64,000 bases of DNA from Acidimicrobiia bacterium (GCA_035948415.1 DASZJD010000039.1:3626-67625), one strand, 5' to 3'; shown: positions 8,989 through 18,264, numbered from the stretch's first letter. Numbers and translations are program-made. The notes: generated from the letters alone by a model not told the origin.

Positions 8989-11168
8989 CGAGGCGGCCCG
9001 CCCACCCGCAGCCGCGACCGCAGCCGGGTGCGCAGGTCCAGCGCGGCGTCGAGCGCCGTGAGCACCGCGTCGGCGTCCTGCCACGCCGCCTGCACCGTCG
9101 CGTCGCTCGGGGGCAGCTCGCCGTACCGGGCCGCGGTGTAGCGGCCCGCCAGGGCGGCGAGGGGCGGCGCCAGCCGCTCGTCGAGTCGGACCGGCAGCGC
9201 CTCGGCGACCTCGTAGGGCGTGAGCGAGCGCGGCCAGCCGACGCCGGCGGCGCGGAAGCCGTCGAGCGCCTCCGCCCACGCCCCCGCGACCTGCTCGGCC
9301 GGATCGGGGACGGCGCGACGACGGGCGCGCCGCCGCGCCTTGCGCGCCACCGCGGCGCCGAGCGCGGCGAGGAGGCCGAGCGTCACGAGGCCGGCGATGA
9401 CGATCGCCCAGCCGAGCACCGACAGCCCCGTCGAGCGCCGCGGGGATGACACCGCCACCCGGTTCGGCACCGGCGTCGGGTTCGGCGCCACGCCGCCACC
9501 CGACGGCGTCGGCGTCGGCGCCGCCGGCACCGTCGACGGGGTCGGGGTCGACCGGGTCGCCGCCGGCGGCTCGCCGGGGAGCGGGGCGGCGCCGCCCGGC
9601 GCGCCGGTCCGCGGCGTCGGGTCGAAGAGATGGGTCCAGCCGAGCCCGGCGAGCCAGATCTCCGGCCACGCGTGGGCCTCGAAGTTCGTCACGTGGTACA
9701 CGCCGCCCTGCGCGGTGCCCGGCGTGAACCCGACCGCGACGCGCGCCGGGATCCCGAGGGACCGCGCCATGACCGCGTACGTGCTCGCGAACTGGACGCA
9801 GAACCCCCGGCGGGTGGCGAGGAACGTGACCATCGCGTTCTCGTCGTCGCCGAGGGTCACGCTCGCGTCGTAGGTGAACAGGGACGACCGGAAGTAGTCC
9901 CGGAGGGCCAGGGCCTCGTCGTAGGGGAGCGTCGCGCCGCCGACGGCCTGCCGGGCGCGCTCGCGCAGGGTGGCGGGGAGGTCCGACGGCAGCGCGAGGT
10001 ACCGGCGGAGCGCGGCCGGCAGCGGGGCCCCGGTGCCGAGCCGCTGCGTCGGGGTGACCGGCGCGCTCGGGAGCCGCGAGTCGACCGAGTAGCTCAACCC
10101 GTCCACGGACGACCGGTCGGTGACGAGCGTGCCCGACGACCGCACCACGAGCGTGTCGGGGCGGCTCACCGTGACCGGCTCGTACGCCGCCGGCATCCAC
10201 CGCTCACCGAGCGGACCGATCTGGTACCGCTGGTGGAGCGCGCCGCGGGGGGCGCGGGACGCGAGCCCTTGGCCGACGGCGCCGTTCCCGCGCGCGGTGA
10301 GCGTCCACTGCCCCCCACCGGCCGAGCTGTAGTCGTCGAGGGCGGTGATCCGCCAGTAGTCGGGGCTGGCGACGGCGACCGTGAACAGCTCGTGCCGTGG
10401 TCCCCGACGCAGCTGGTCCCCGACGTTCACGAGCGGGGCCACGCTGGTCTGGTAGCTCGAGCTCCCGGTCGACGAGCTGAGCGACCCGACGCTGACCAAG
10501 GGGTGGCCCGAGGTCGGCAGCGTCGGCGCCACCGCCGATGCCACGAGGGTCGCGGCCAGGCCCGCCACGGCCACGCCCGCGAGCAGCCGCGGCGCCGTCG
10601 CGCCGGGGGACCGACCGATCCGGGTGCGGCGCCGCTCCAGCAGGGTCTGGTGCTGCACGGCGAGGAACACGACCGCGGCGCCGCCGAAGGCCACGGTGCT
10701 CGGCACCCAGCCGTGGGGCGTCCCGAGCGCCCGCAGCCAGATCACCGCCACCGTCGCGGGGGCCAGGACGCTCATGGCCCCGTCGCGCCGGAAGGCGAGG
10801 TCGTCGGCCACCGCGCCGACGACGAAGACGGCGATGGCGCCCAGCAGCACCGCGCTGGGGCTGGCCGGGATCGGGCGCGCGTCGGTCCGGACCACGGTCC
10901 ACCCGGCGCGGAGCTGGTCGCCGAGCCGGGTCAGCGACCCCGTCCACGCGACCGCGGCGAGCAGCAGGCCGGCGCCGGCGACGACGGCGCTGGCGGCCGC
11001 GGAGCGGGTCCAGCGTCGGGTGACCCAGCCCAGGGCGTGGGGGAGCACCGCCGCCACGAGCAGCGGCCCGAGGTACGCGTCGGAGGCGAAGATCGCGCCG
11101 AAGCTCAGCGCGACCGACGCGCTCAGCGCCGCGAGCGCGACCGAGACGGGGAGTTCGCGGGTTGCCAT
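8937..11168 (-). CDS. transglutaminase-domain membrane protein (TgpA-like)
   Basis: Last 743 aa of track ORF 8937..13199, from ATG (reverse complement of 11166-11168). Multi-TM N-terminus, then a Cys-His-Asp core (GFCVQFASTYAVMARSLGIPARVAVGF...HAWPEIW...D), a Pro/Thr-rich linker and a C-terminal TM helix. Confidence 0.85.
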   Translation of the reverse strand: MATRELPVSVALAALSASVALSFGAIFASDAYLGPLLVAAVLPHALGWVTRRWTRSAAASAVVAGAGLLLAAVAWTGSLTRLGDQLRAGWTVVRTDARPIPASPSAVLLGAIAVFVVGAVADDLAFRRDGAMSVLAPATVAVIWLRALGTPHGWVPSTVAFGGAAVVFLAVQHQTLLERRRTRIGRSPGATAPRLLAGVAVAGLAATLVASAVAPTLPTSGHPLVSVGSLSSSTGSSSYQTSVAPLVNVGDQLRRGPRHELFTVAVASPDYWRITALDDYSSAGGGQWTLTARGNGAVGQGLASRAPRGALHQRYQIGPLGERWMPAAYEPVTVSRPDTLVVRSSGTLVTDRSSVDGLSYSVDSRLPSAPVTPTQRLGTGAPLPAALRRYLALPSDLPATLRERARQAVGGATLPYDEALALRDYFRSSLFTYDASVTLGDDENAMVTFLATRRGFCVQFASTYAVMARSLGIPARVAVGFTPGTAQGGVYHVTNFEAHAWPEIWLAGLGWTHLFDPTPRTGAPGGAAPLPGEPPAATRSTPTPSTVPAAPTPTPSGGGVAPNPTPVPNRVAVSSPRRSTGLSVLGWAIVIAGLVTLGLLAALGAAVARKARRRARRRAVPDPAEQVAGAWAEALDGFRAAGVGWPRSLTPYEVAEALPVRLDERLAPPLAALAGRYTAARYGELPPSDATVQAAWQDADAVLTALDAALDLRTRLRSRLRVGGPPRQPEPAGWSRRSPSTND

Positions 11169-12340
11169 CGGGTCCGGGTGCGGGTGGTGGCGGCCCACGC
11201 CACCGGGAACGGACGCTGCGAAGCGTCGACGAGCACGATGGGGCCGGTGGCGAGCGTCGCCGGCCCGGTGGTCACGAGGGTCACGACCCGGCGGCGGCGC
11301 AGCGCGGCCGCGGCGTCGAGGATGACCGGGTCGGCGGCCCCGGTCACGACCACGACGCCGCCGAGGCCGAAGCGCTTCCGCAAGGCGCCGGTGACCACGT
11401 CGAGGTGGTCGGTGGGGTCGGGCTCGACCACCGCCAGCCGGTCCAGCACCGCGTCGAGCGCGGTCCGCCCCGGCCGTCGCAGCGTCTCGCCCGCGCTCGT
11501 CACCACCTCGACCGGCTGGTGGGTCCGGTGCAGGCTCGCCGCGATCGACGCCACCGCCTCGACCGCGGCCTCGAAGGTGCGGGCGTCGTGCGCCGACGCC
11601 CGCACGTCGAAGAGCACGACGGCACGCCCAGGCGCGGGAGCGTCGTCGACGCGGACGAGCAGGTCGCCGCGGCGCGCCGTCGATCGCCAGTGGACGCGCC
11701 GCGGGTCGTCGCCGGGCTCGTAGTCGCGGAGGGCGAGGAACTCGCCGAGGGCCTCCACCACCGGGATGCGGGGCCCGCTGGCCCGCTCGGCCGGCTCCCC
11801 GCCCCCGCCCCGGCGGGGTGGCAGCACCGTGTGGACGCGGGGCCGCACGATGACCTCGCTCGTGCCCCCGACGGTCCACGTGCGACGGACGAGGCCGCAC
11901 GGGTCGGCCAGGGTCAGCAGCGTCGGGCCGACCACGTGCCGTCCCCGACGCTCGGTCGGGATCCGGTACCCGGCCTGGAGCTCGGTGCCGCCCGGCAGCG
12001 GCACCACGACGAACCGGGCGGCGCGGCGCCCGCCGTCGACGGTCTCGGTGAGGCTCAGCCAGGGCGTGGCGACCGTGGTCGTCCCGCGCAGGATCACCCG
12101 GCCCTCCTGCCCGACCGAGAGGCGCGCCGGGTGCACCGACCGATCGACCGTCATCACCACCCGGTGACGCAGCACCCAGACGGCGGCGATGCCGAGCACG
12201 AGCCCGCCGCCGAGGGCGAGCGCGGCGAGCGCGTCCGAGCCGAGGAGCCAGCTGCCGACGAGCAGACCGACGGCGGCGCCACCGAGGGTCCAGCCCCGCC
12301 GGGTCAGCTCGGGGACGCCGATCCGAGGGCCGCGGGCCAC
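11123..12340 (-). CDS. DUF58 (vWA-like) protein
   Basis: Two N-terminal TM helices and the LRDYEPGDDPRRVHWRSTARRGDLLVR motif typical of DUF58. Overlaps the transglutaminase start by 46 nt. Confidence 0.85.
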   Translation of the reverse strand: MARGPRIGVPELTRRGWTLGGAAVGLLVGSWLLGSDALAALALGGGLVLGIAAVWVLRHRVVMTVDRSVHPARLSVGQEGRVILRGTTTVATPWLSLTETVDGGRRAARFVVVPLPGGTELQAGYRIPTERRGRHVVGPTLLTLADPCGLVRRTWTVGGTSEVIVRPRVHTVLPPRRGGGGEPAERASGPRIPVVEALGEFLALRDYEPGDDPRRVHWRSTARRGDLLVRVDDAPAPGRAVVLFDVRASAHDARTFEAAVEAVASIAASLHRTHQPVEVVTSAGETLRRPGRTALDAVLDRLAVVEPDPTDHLDVVTGALRKRFGLGGVVVVTGAADPVILDAAAALRRRRVVTLVTTGPATLATGPIVLVDASQRPFPVAWAATTRTRTRWQPANSPSRSRSRR

Positions 12341-12343
12341 GGG

Positions 12344-13315
12344 CTACCCGCTGGCGCGCGGGACGGCGACGCCCGCCAGCACCCGCTCGAGCACGTCCTC
12401 GGCGGTCACGCCGCGCAGCTCCGCCTCCGGGGCGACGATCATGCGGTGCGTGAGCACGGCCGGCGCCAAGGCCTTGATGTCGTCGGGCACGACGTAGTCG
12501 CGTCCCGCGCCGGCGGCCAGCGCGCGGGCGCCCCGCTGCAGCGCCAGCGCCCCCCGGGGGCTCACGCCCAGCGCCAGCTCCGGGTCCCGTCGGGTGGCGT
12601 CGACCACGTCGACGACGTAGGCGCGCAGCGCCGCGGCGACGTGCACCGCGGTGGCGGCGTCGGCGGCGGCGGCAACGTCGGCCGCGGTCGTGACCGGCTG
12701 CAGGTCGTCGGGCTCGACCTGGCCGACGCCGTGCGTCTCGAGGATCGCCATCTCGGCCTCCCGGTCCGGGTAGCCCATCGGGAGCCGCATCAGGAACCGG
12801 TCGAGCTGGGCCTCGGGCAGGGGATAGGTGCCCTCGAGCTCGACCGGGTTCTGGGTCGCGATCACGAGGAACGGCCGCGGCAGCGCCCATGTCCGCGCGT
12901 CGACGGTGACCTGACGCTCCTCCATCGCCTCGAGCAGCGCCGACTGGGTCTTCGGCGACGCCCGGTTGATCTCGTCGGCCAGGACGACGTGGGCGAACAC
13001 GCCGCCGGGCCGGAACTCGAACTGGCTGTTGGCCCGGTTCCAGACCGACACGCCCAGCACGTCGGACGGCAGCAGGTCCGGGGTGAACTGGATGCGGTGC
13101 GCGGTGCCGGCGATCGAGCGGGCCATCGCCTTGGCGAGCGACGTCTTGCCCACCCCGGGGACGTCCTCGATGAGGAGGTGCCCCTCGGCGAAGAGGCACA
13201 CCAGGGCGAGCCGAATCTGGTCGTGCTTGCCCTGGATCACGCGCTCGACGTTGCGGGCCACGAGCTCGAAGAGCGCCGCGACGTCGACGCGCCGAGCGGT
13301 AGCAGGTTGGGCCAC
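12344..13315 (-). CDS. MoxR-family AAA+ ATPase
   Basis: Walker A DVPGVGKT, Walker B VVLADEINRA and the NPVELEGTYPLPEAQLDRF block. GTG start with GGAG upstream. Confidence 0.9.
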   Translation of the reverse strand: MAQPATARRVDVAALFELVARNVERVIQGKHDQIRLALVCLFAEGHLLIEDVPGVGKTSLAKAMARSIAGTAHRIQFTPDLLPSDVLGVSVWNRANSQFEFRPGGVFAHVVLADEINRASPKTQSALLEAMEERQVTVDARTWALPRPFLVIATQNPVELEGTYPLPEAQLDRFLMRLPMGYPDREAEMAILETHGVGQVEPDDLQPVTTAADVAAAADAATAVHVAAALRAYVVDVVDATRRDPELALGVSPRGALALQRGARALAAGAGRDYVVPDDIKALAPAVLTHRMIVAPEAELRGVTAEDVLERVLAGVAVPRASG

Positions 13316-13380
13316 GCTCCCTCCTCGAACGCGGCGCGCACGCTACCAGCAGGGCCCTCTCGCTCTGCCGCTACCGTCAC

Positions 13381-13680
13381 GTGATGCCGGCTCCCCGCAC
13401 CGGCTGGGCGCGCGCCGGGCTGGCGGTCGCGGCTCGGCCCTCGCTCTGGTCTGTCGCGGCGCGGCAGGCCTTCCGGCTCGCCCGCCCCCGCTGGTGGCGA
13501 CGTCCGCCTTTCCTGCCCCTCCCGGACTCCGCTTACCTCGCGTTCCGACTCGAGACCCAGTACGGGTCCGCCGACGCGCGACCCGCCGGCGGGGACGTCC
13601 TCGCGTACCTCCGGTGGTGCCGTGCGCAGGACGATCTCCGCCGCCAACGTCGCCGGGGGAGCGGTCAGGGGCCCCAGTAG
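13381..13680 (+). CDS. hypothetical protein
   Basis: 99-aa ORF with high third-position G/C, divergent from moxR. No recognisable motif. Confidence 0.4.
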   Translation: MMPAPRTGWARAGLAVAARPSLWSVAARQAFRLARPRWWRRPPFLPLPDSAYLAFRLETQYGSADARPAGGDVLAYLRWCRAQDDLRRQRRRGSGQGPQ

Positions 13681-13728
13681 ACTTCGCCCGACCCGCCAGC
13701 GGCGCGGGCCCCGGGGAGGTTCCGAGGC

Positions 13729-14238
13729 TTGGGGAGAGCTCTACTGCTCAACGCCAGCTTCGAGCCTCTCTGCGTCGTCACGGTGCGGCGGGCGGTCGTC
13801 CTCGTCCTCAAGGACAAGGCCGAGATCGTCGCTCGCAACGGCGCTGAGCTGCACTCGGAGCGCCGCGTGATCGCCGTCCCGTCGGTGATCCGGCTCATGC
13901 ACTTCGTCCGCGTCCCGTACCGCAGCCGGGTGCCGCTCTCCCGACGGGCGGTCTTCGCGCGCGACGGCCACCGCTGCCAGTACTGCAGCCACACGGCCGA
14001 GAACATCGACCACGTCGTCCCCCGCTCGCGGGGGGGCGAGCACAGCTGGGAGAACGTCGTCGCGTCCTGCCGCTCCTGCAACGCCCGCAAGGAGGACCGC
14101 ACCCTGGCCGAGTCCGGGCTCCGGCTGCGCCGCCCACCGGTGGCGCCCCACGCCAGCCTCTGGGTGGTCGCGACCGCCGGCGCCCTCGACCCGGCCTGGG
14201 AGCCCTTCCTGCCCGGCCTCGAGGCCGTCCCCGCCTGA
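13729..14238 (+). CDS. HNH endonuclease family protein
   Basis: HRCQYC...DHVVPRSRGGEHSWENVVASCRSCNARK HNH/zinc motif. TTG start with GGGGAGG 9 nt upstream. Confidence 0.8.
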   Translation: MGRALLLNASFEPLCVVTVRRAVVLVLKDKAEIVARNGAELHSERRVIAVPSVIRLMHFVRVPYRSRVPLSRRAVFARDGHRCQYCSHTAENIDHVVPRSRGGEHSWENVVASCRSCNARKEDRTLAESGLRLRRPPVAPHASLWVVATAGALDPAWEPFLPGLEAVPA

Positions 14239-14244
14239 CCCCGC

Positions 14245-14270
14245 CCCCGCGCCCGGAGGCGGGCGCGGGG
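14245..14270 (+). terminator. GC-rich hairpin after the HNH gene (terminator-like, no U tract)
   Basis: CCCCGCGCCC (14245-14254) pairs perfectly with GGGCGCGGGG (14261-14270) around the loop GGAGGC. It starts 7 nt after the stop codon. Confidence 0.45.
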
Positions 14271-14271
14271 T

Positions 14272-14370
14272 GTGGCTCGTGGGAGGAAGTGGGGTTCAAG
14301 GGGTTGACGTGGTGGAGTCGCGGGGCTTAGGGTGGGGCGTAGTGGTTGATCGTGGAGTGTCGGGGGTGGC
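14272..14370 (+). promoter_or_regulatory. dcw (Pmra-like) promoter region with two arrays of 10-bp-spaced GTGGN repeats (putative MraZ boxes)
   Basis: GTGGG 14279, GTGGG 14289, AGGGG 14299, GTGGT 14309. A second array reads GTGGG 14332, GTGGT 14342, GTGGA 14352, GGGGG 14362. Embedded candidate -35 TTGACG (14304-14309), an 18-nt spacer, and -10 TAGGGT (14328-14333). Confidence 0.6.
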
Positions 14371-14400
14371 CCCGCGACGCTCCGCCGGCGAGGGGACACC

Positions 14401-14832
14401 GTGGCGGCCCGCTTCTTCGGGTGGTTCCAGCACACGCTGGACGACAAGGGCCGGCTCATCCTCCCGGCGGAGTTCCGCCAGGGCCTGGAGGACGGGGCCT
14501 TCATCGGGCGGTTCCCGGATCACTGCCTGGCCATCTACCCCCCCGGCGAGTTCGACACCGTGACCGAGGACATCACGCGCGCGGCCAAGGAGGGGGGCGG
14601 CGACGCCCTCGCCGCCTCGCGGTTCTTCAACTCCGGGGCCCGACCGGTGGTCCCCGACAAGCAGGGCCGGGTGCCGATCGCTCCCCACCTGCGGGAGTGG
14701 GCCCAGCTGGGCCGCGAGGTCGTCGTCACCGGGCAGCAGAAGCGGATCGAGCTGTGGTCGCCCGAGAACTGGCGAGCGGTCGAGGAGCGCGGCCAGGCCG
14801 AGCTCGCTCGTCGCCAGGGCTGGGGCATGTAG
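14401..14832 (+). CDS. mraZ: transcriptional regulator MraZ
   Basis: Two SpoVT/AbrB-like repeats, LDDKGRLILPAEFR and PDKQGRVPIAPHLR. GTG start with GAGGGGA upstream. First gene of the dcw cluster. Confidence 0.9.
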   Translation: MAARFFGWFQHTLDDKGRLILPAEFRQGLEDGAFIGRFPDHCLAIYPPGEFDTVTEDITRAAKEGGGDALAASRFFNSGARPVVPDKQGRVPIAPHLREWAQLGREVVVTGQQKRIELWSPENWRAVEERGQAELARRQGWGM

Positions 14833-14930
14833 CGAGGAAGGAGCAGCACTAGGACCAAACGTGGCCCCTGGGCTCGGCAGCAGCCCCCCGGCCGGCGCGG
14901 TGAAGCCCCTACTCCGCCCGCTCCACCGGA

Positions 14931-14955
14931 CCGTTTCGGAGAGAAATCCGAACGG
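14931..14955 (+). other. AT-richer hairpin in the 175-nt mraZ-rsmH spacer
   Basis: CCGTTTCGGA (14931-14940) pairs with TCCGAACGG (14947-14955) around the loop GAGAAA. This gives 9 bp with one bulged U. GC content is locally much lower than in the surroundings. Confidence 0.35.
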
Positions 14956-15007
14956 ACATCGTCCGCCGGGGGGCTGCCGACGGGCCCAGGGTCGGCGAGG
15001 AGACGTG

Positions 15008-15955
15008 ATGGGTGGCTATCAGCACCGTCCGGTCATGGTCCGGGAGGTGGTCGAGCTCCTCGCCGCCGTGCCGACGGGGACCGTCGTCGACGCGACGGTC
15101 GGAGCTGGCGGGCACGCCCGCCGACTCCTGGAGGCCCGGCCGGACCTCCGCCTCCTCGGGATCGACCGTGATCCCGCGGCGGTGGCGGCGGCCCGGTCCG
15201 GGCTCGAGCCCTTCGGCGAGCGGGTCCGGATCGTGCACGGCGGCTTCGAGGACGTCGCCGAGATCGTCAAGCGAGCAAGCGAGGGGAACGTCATGGGCAT
15301 CCTGTTCGATCTCGGGGTCAGCAGCCCCCAGCTCGACCTGCGGGAACGCGGATTCACCTACTGGGGCGAGGCCCCGCTCGACATGCGGATGGACAGCGCC
15401 CAGGCGCTGACCGCCGAGCAGGTCCTCAACGAGTACGACGAGGGGGCGCTGGCGGCGGTCATCGCCCGCAACGGCGAGGAGCGGTTCGCCCGGCAGATCG
15501 CCGCCCGCATCGTCGCCAGCCGGCCCCTCCACACCACCGGCGACCTCGTGCGCGCCGTGCGCGAGGCCATCCCGGCTCCGGCCCGCCGCCGCGGCGGGCA
15601 CCCGGCGCGCCGCACCTTCCAGGCCATCCGGATGGAGGTCAACCGCGAGCTGCCGCACCTGGAGGCCGGGCTCGACGAGTCCGTGCACCTCCTCGGTCCC
15701 GGCGGCCGGGTGGTCGTGCTCTCGTACCACTCGCTCGAGGACCGGCTCGTGAAGGATCGCTTCGCGACGTGGGCCGGCGAGCGCGAGGCGACGCCGCCGG
15801 GCCTGCCGGTCGAGCCGCCGCGCCCGCGGCCGCTCCTCCGGCTCGTCACCCGCCGGGCGCGCCGACCGAGCCGGGACGAGGTCGCGGCCAACCCGCGGGC
15901 CGAGAGCGCCCGGCTCCGCGCCGCGGAGAAGCTCGACACGCCCACCGGGCGGTGA
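15008..15955 (+). CDS. rsmH: 16S rRNA (cytosine1402-N4)-methyltransferase
   Basis: HRPVMVREV, DATVGAGGHA (SAM site) and DLGVSSPQLD motifs. ATG 15008 lies inside track ORF 14861..15955. Confidence 0.9.
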   Translation: MGGYQHRPVMVREVVELLAAVPTGTVVDATVGAGGHARRLLEARPDLRLLGIDRDPAAVAAARSGLEPFGERVRIVHGGFEDVAEIVKRASEGNVMGILFDLGVSSPQLDLRERGFTYWGEAPLDMRMDSAQALTAEQVLNEYDEGALAAVIARNGEERFARQIAARIVASRPLHTTGDLVRAVREAIPAPARRRGGHPARRTFQAIRMEVNRELPHLEAGLDESVHLLGPGGRVVVLSYHSLEDRLVKDRFATWAGEREATPPGLPVEPPRPRPLLRLVTRRARRPSRDEVAANPRAESARLRAAEKLDTPTGR

Positions 15956-16389
15956 GCGGGGTGGCCGTCGCCGGCGCCGCGCCCCGGACCCGGGGCGCCG
16001 CCCGCCCCGCGCCGCGGGCCGTCCCCGCGCGCCGGCCGCGGCACCTGCGGCTCGTCACCACCGCCGCGCGGCGGCGCCGACTCCCGAGCACGGCCGCGCT
16101 CGTCGGGATCGGCACCGTGCTCATCGTCATCTCGCTGGTCGTCGTCCGCGTGATGCTGGCCCAGACCCAGCTGTCCCTCGACCGGCTCAACGGCCGCGTC
16201 GGCGCCGCGCAGCGGCGGTACGACCAGGCCCTCCTCCGGAACGCCGAGCTCGCCGCGCCCTCGTACGTCATCACCCGCGCCGGCCAGCTCGGCCTCGTCG
16301 CGCCGGGCCAGCCCCCCGTGGCCGTGGCGGTGCCCGCCGGCGCCGTCCCCACCGCGGCGCGCACGGCGACGCCGGTGCCCCGACCGTGA
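15952..16389 (+). CDS. ftsL: FtsL-like cell division protein
   Basis: GTG overlaps the rsmH stop (GTGA). Arg-rich N-terminus, one TM helix (ALVGIGTVLIVISLVVVRVML), then a coiled-coil-like LSLDRLNGRVGAAQRRYDQALLRNAEL. The position between rsmH and ftsI is canonical. Confidence 0.6.
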   Translation: MSGVAVAGAAPRTRGAARPAPRAVPARRPRHLRLVTTAARRRRLPSTAALVGIGTVLIVISLVVVRVMLAQTQLSLDRLNGRVGAAQRRYDQALLRNAELAAPSYVITRAGQLGLVAPGQPPVAVAVPAGAVPTAARTATPVPRP

Positions 16390-18254
16390 GCCCGCCGCGG
16401 GCGGTTCCCGTCCGGGCCCGACCGGGTCGGAACCGCAGCCCTCGGATCGGGCGACCGCCGGCCGGGCCGGCGGTCGCTCCGCGCGCACACCGACGCGCCC
16501 GCCCGGTCGCCGTCGCGCACGGCCGGGGCGGTCACCACGAATCTCGCCTCGTCGCGGTGGCGTCGGCGCCGCGCCGGCTCGCCGCGCTCCTCGTCGCCGT
16601 CGCGGTCGTCTTCGCGCTCATCGCCCTCCGCCTCGTCGACGTGCAGACGCGCAGCCGAGCCCGGTACGTGCGGCTGGGCCTGAGCCAGCGGGTGCGGACC
16701 GTGACCGTCGCCGCGCAGCGCGGCAGCATCCTCGATCGCAACGGCAACCAGCTCGCGGTCTCGGTGCCGGCCACGACGGTGTGGGCCAACCCGCGCGTGA
16801 TGCCGGACCCGGCCTTCGCCGCCGCCAAGCTGGCGCCGCTGGTCGGCGTGGACGAGGCGACCTTGCAGGCCCGGCTCAGCGATCGCCGCCGCGGCTTCGT
16901 GTACGTGGCGCGCAAGCTCGACGCCGGGCCGGCCGCGGCGGTGCGCAACCTGCACCTCGTCGGCCTCGGCTTCGAGTCGGAGCCGAAGCGCTACTACCCG
17001 GCCGACCCGCTGGCGGCGCCGCTGCTCGGGCTCGTGGGGACGGACAACGGCGGTCTCGGCGGGCTCGAGGCCGGCGACCAGTCGATCCTGGGCGGTCGCA
17101 ACGGGCGGCTCCTCGTCGAGCAGGACCCGCGCGGCCAGACCCTCCCGAACGGCACCCACGAGGAGCAGGCGACGAAGCAGGGCTCCGACGTGCTGCTCAC
17201 GATCGACCAGTCGATGCAGTACGCGGCGGAGCAGGCCCTCGCCGCCGAGGTCGGCAACCAGCACTCGCGGGGCGGGATGGCGATCATCGTCGACACCCGC
17301 ACCGGCGACATCCTGGCCATGGCGAGCGTCGACGGTCCCGCCGGGAGCCAGCCGGCGCGCCCGTCACCGGCCGGCGCCCGCAACCGTCCGCTCACCGACG
17401 TGTTCGAGCCCGGGTCCACGGCGAAGGTCGTCACCATCGCGGCCGCGCTCGAGGCCGGTCTCGTGACCCCGTCGACGGTCCTGTCGGTGCCGCAGTCGAT
17501 CATGGTCGACGGCACGAAGTACGAGGACGTCGAGACCCACGCGACTCTGATGACGGTGGCCGACATCGTGCGTCAGTCCTCGAACGTCGGGACCATCCTC
17601 ATCGCGCGGATGCTCGGTCGCGACCGCTTCGACGCCGCGCTCCACGCCTTCGGGTTCGGCGTGCCGACTGGCGTCGGGTTCCCCGGCGAGGCGGCCGGCA
17701 TCCTGCTCCCGCGAGGCCAGTACAACGCGACGAGCCTGGCCTCGATGCCGATCGGGAGCGGCATCGCCGTGACCGCCATGCAGCTCCTCGATGTCTACGC
17801 CACGATCGCCAACGGGGGCGCGGCGCGCGCGCCGCGTCTCGTCGCCGCGACCGTCGATCCCGCGGGCCACCGTCGGGACCGCGCCCGCGCGCTCGCGCAC
17901 CCCGTCGTGTCGGCCGGCACCGCGAACCAGGTGCGCCAGCTGCTCGTCGGGGTCGTCACCGGGGGCACGGGCACGAAGGCCCAGGTCCCCGGCTACCTGG
18001 TCGCGGGCAAGACCGGGACCGCGCGCAAGCCCCCGTACCTCGCGGGCCAGTACGTGTCCTCGTTCGCGGGGTTCGCGCCCGCGGACGCGCCCCGGCTCGC
18101 GGCGGTGGTCGTGCTCGACGAGCCGCAGGGCGGCTCCGTGTTCGGAGGCGACGTCGCGGCACCGGTCTTCGCCCGGATCATGCAGTACGCGCTGACGGTC
18201 GAGCGGGTGCCCGCGAGCGGCCCCTCGAGCATCGCAACCGGCCCGATACCCTGA
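16386..18254 (+). CDS. ftsI: penicillin-binding protein (FtsI-type transpeptidase)
   Basis: One TM helix plus a PBP dimerisation domain. SxxK (PGSTAKVV), SxN (QSSNVG) and KTG (AGKTGTA) motifs. GTGA overlap with ftsL. Confidence 0.85.
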   Translation: MSPPRAVPVRARPGRNRSPRIGRPPAGPAVAPRAHRRARPVAVAHGRGGHHESRLVAVASAPRRLAALLVAVAVVFALIALRLVDVQTRSRARYVRLGLSQRVRTVTVAAQRGSILDRNGNQLAVSVPATTVWANPRVMPDPAFAAAKLAPLVGVDEATLQARLSDRRRGFVYVARKLDAGPAAAVRNLHLVGLGFESEPKRYYPADPLAAPLLGLVGTDNGGLGGLEAGDQSILGGRNGRLLVEQDPRGQTLPNGTHEEQATKQGSDVLLTIDQSMQYAAEQALAAEVGNQHSRGGMAIIVDTRTGDILAMASVDGPAGSQPARPSPAGARNRPLTDVFEPGSTAKVVTIAAALEAGLVTPSTVLSVPQSIMVDGTKYEDVETHATLMTVADIVRQSSNVGTILIARMLGRDRFDAALHAFGFGVPTGVGFPGEAAGILLPRGQYNATSLASMPIGSGIAVTAMQLLDVYATIANGGAARAPRLVAATVDPAGHRRDRARALAHPVVSAGTANQVRQLLVGVVTGGTGTKAQVPGYLVAGKTGTARKPPYLAGQYVSSFAGFAPADAPRLAAVVVLDEPQGGSVFGGDVAAPVFARIMQYALTVERVPASGPSSIATGPIP

Positions 18255-18264
18255 CCCCCGTTCC

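Noticed and set aside
8937-13199. 1420-aa ORF in the track that looks like one giant protein
   Set aside because: Only the C-terminal 743 aa, from ATG at 11168, has protein-like sequence (the transglutaminase). The N-terminal 677 aa is Arg/Pro/Gly-rich noise in a frame overlapping the real DUF58 and MoxR genes. This is a typical high-GC shadow frame.
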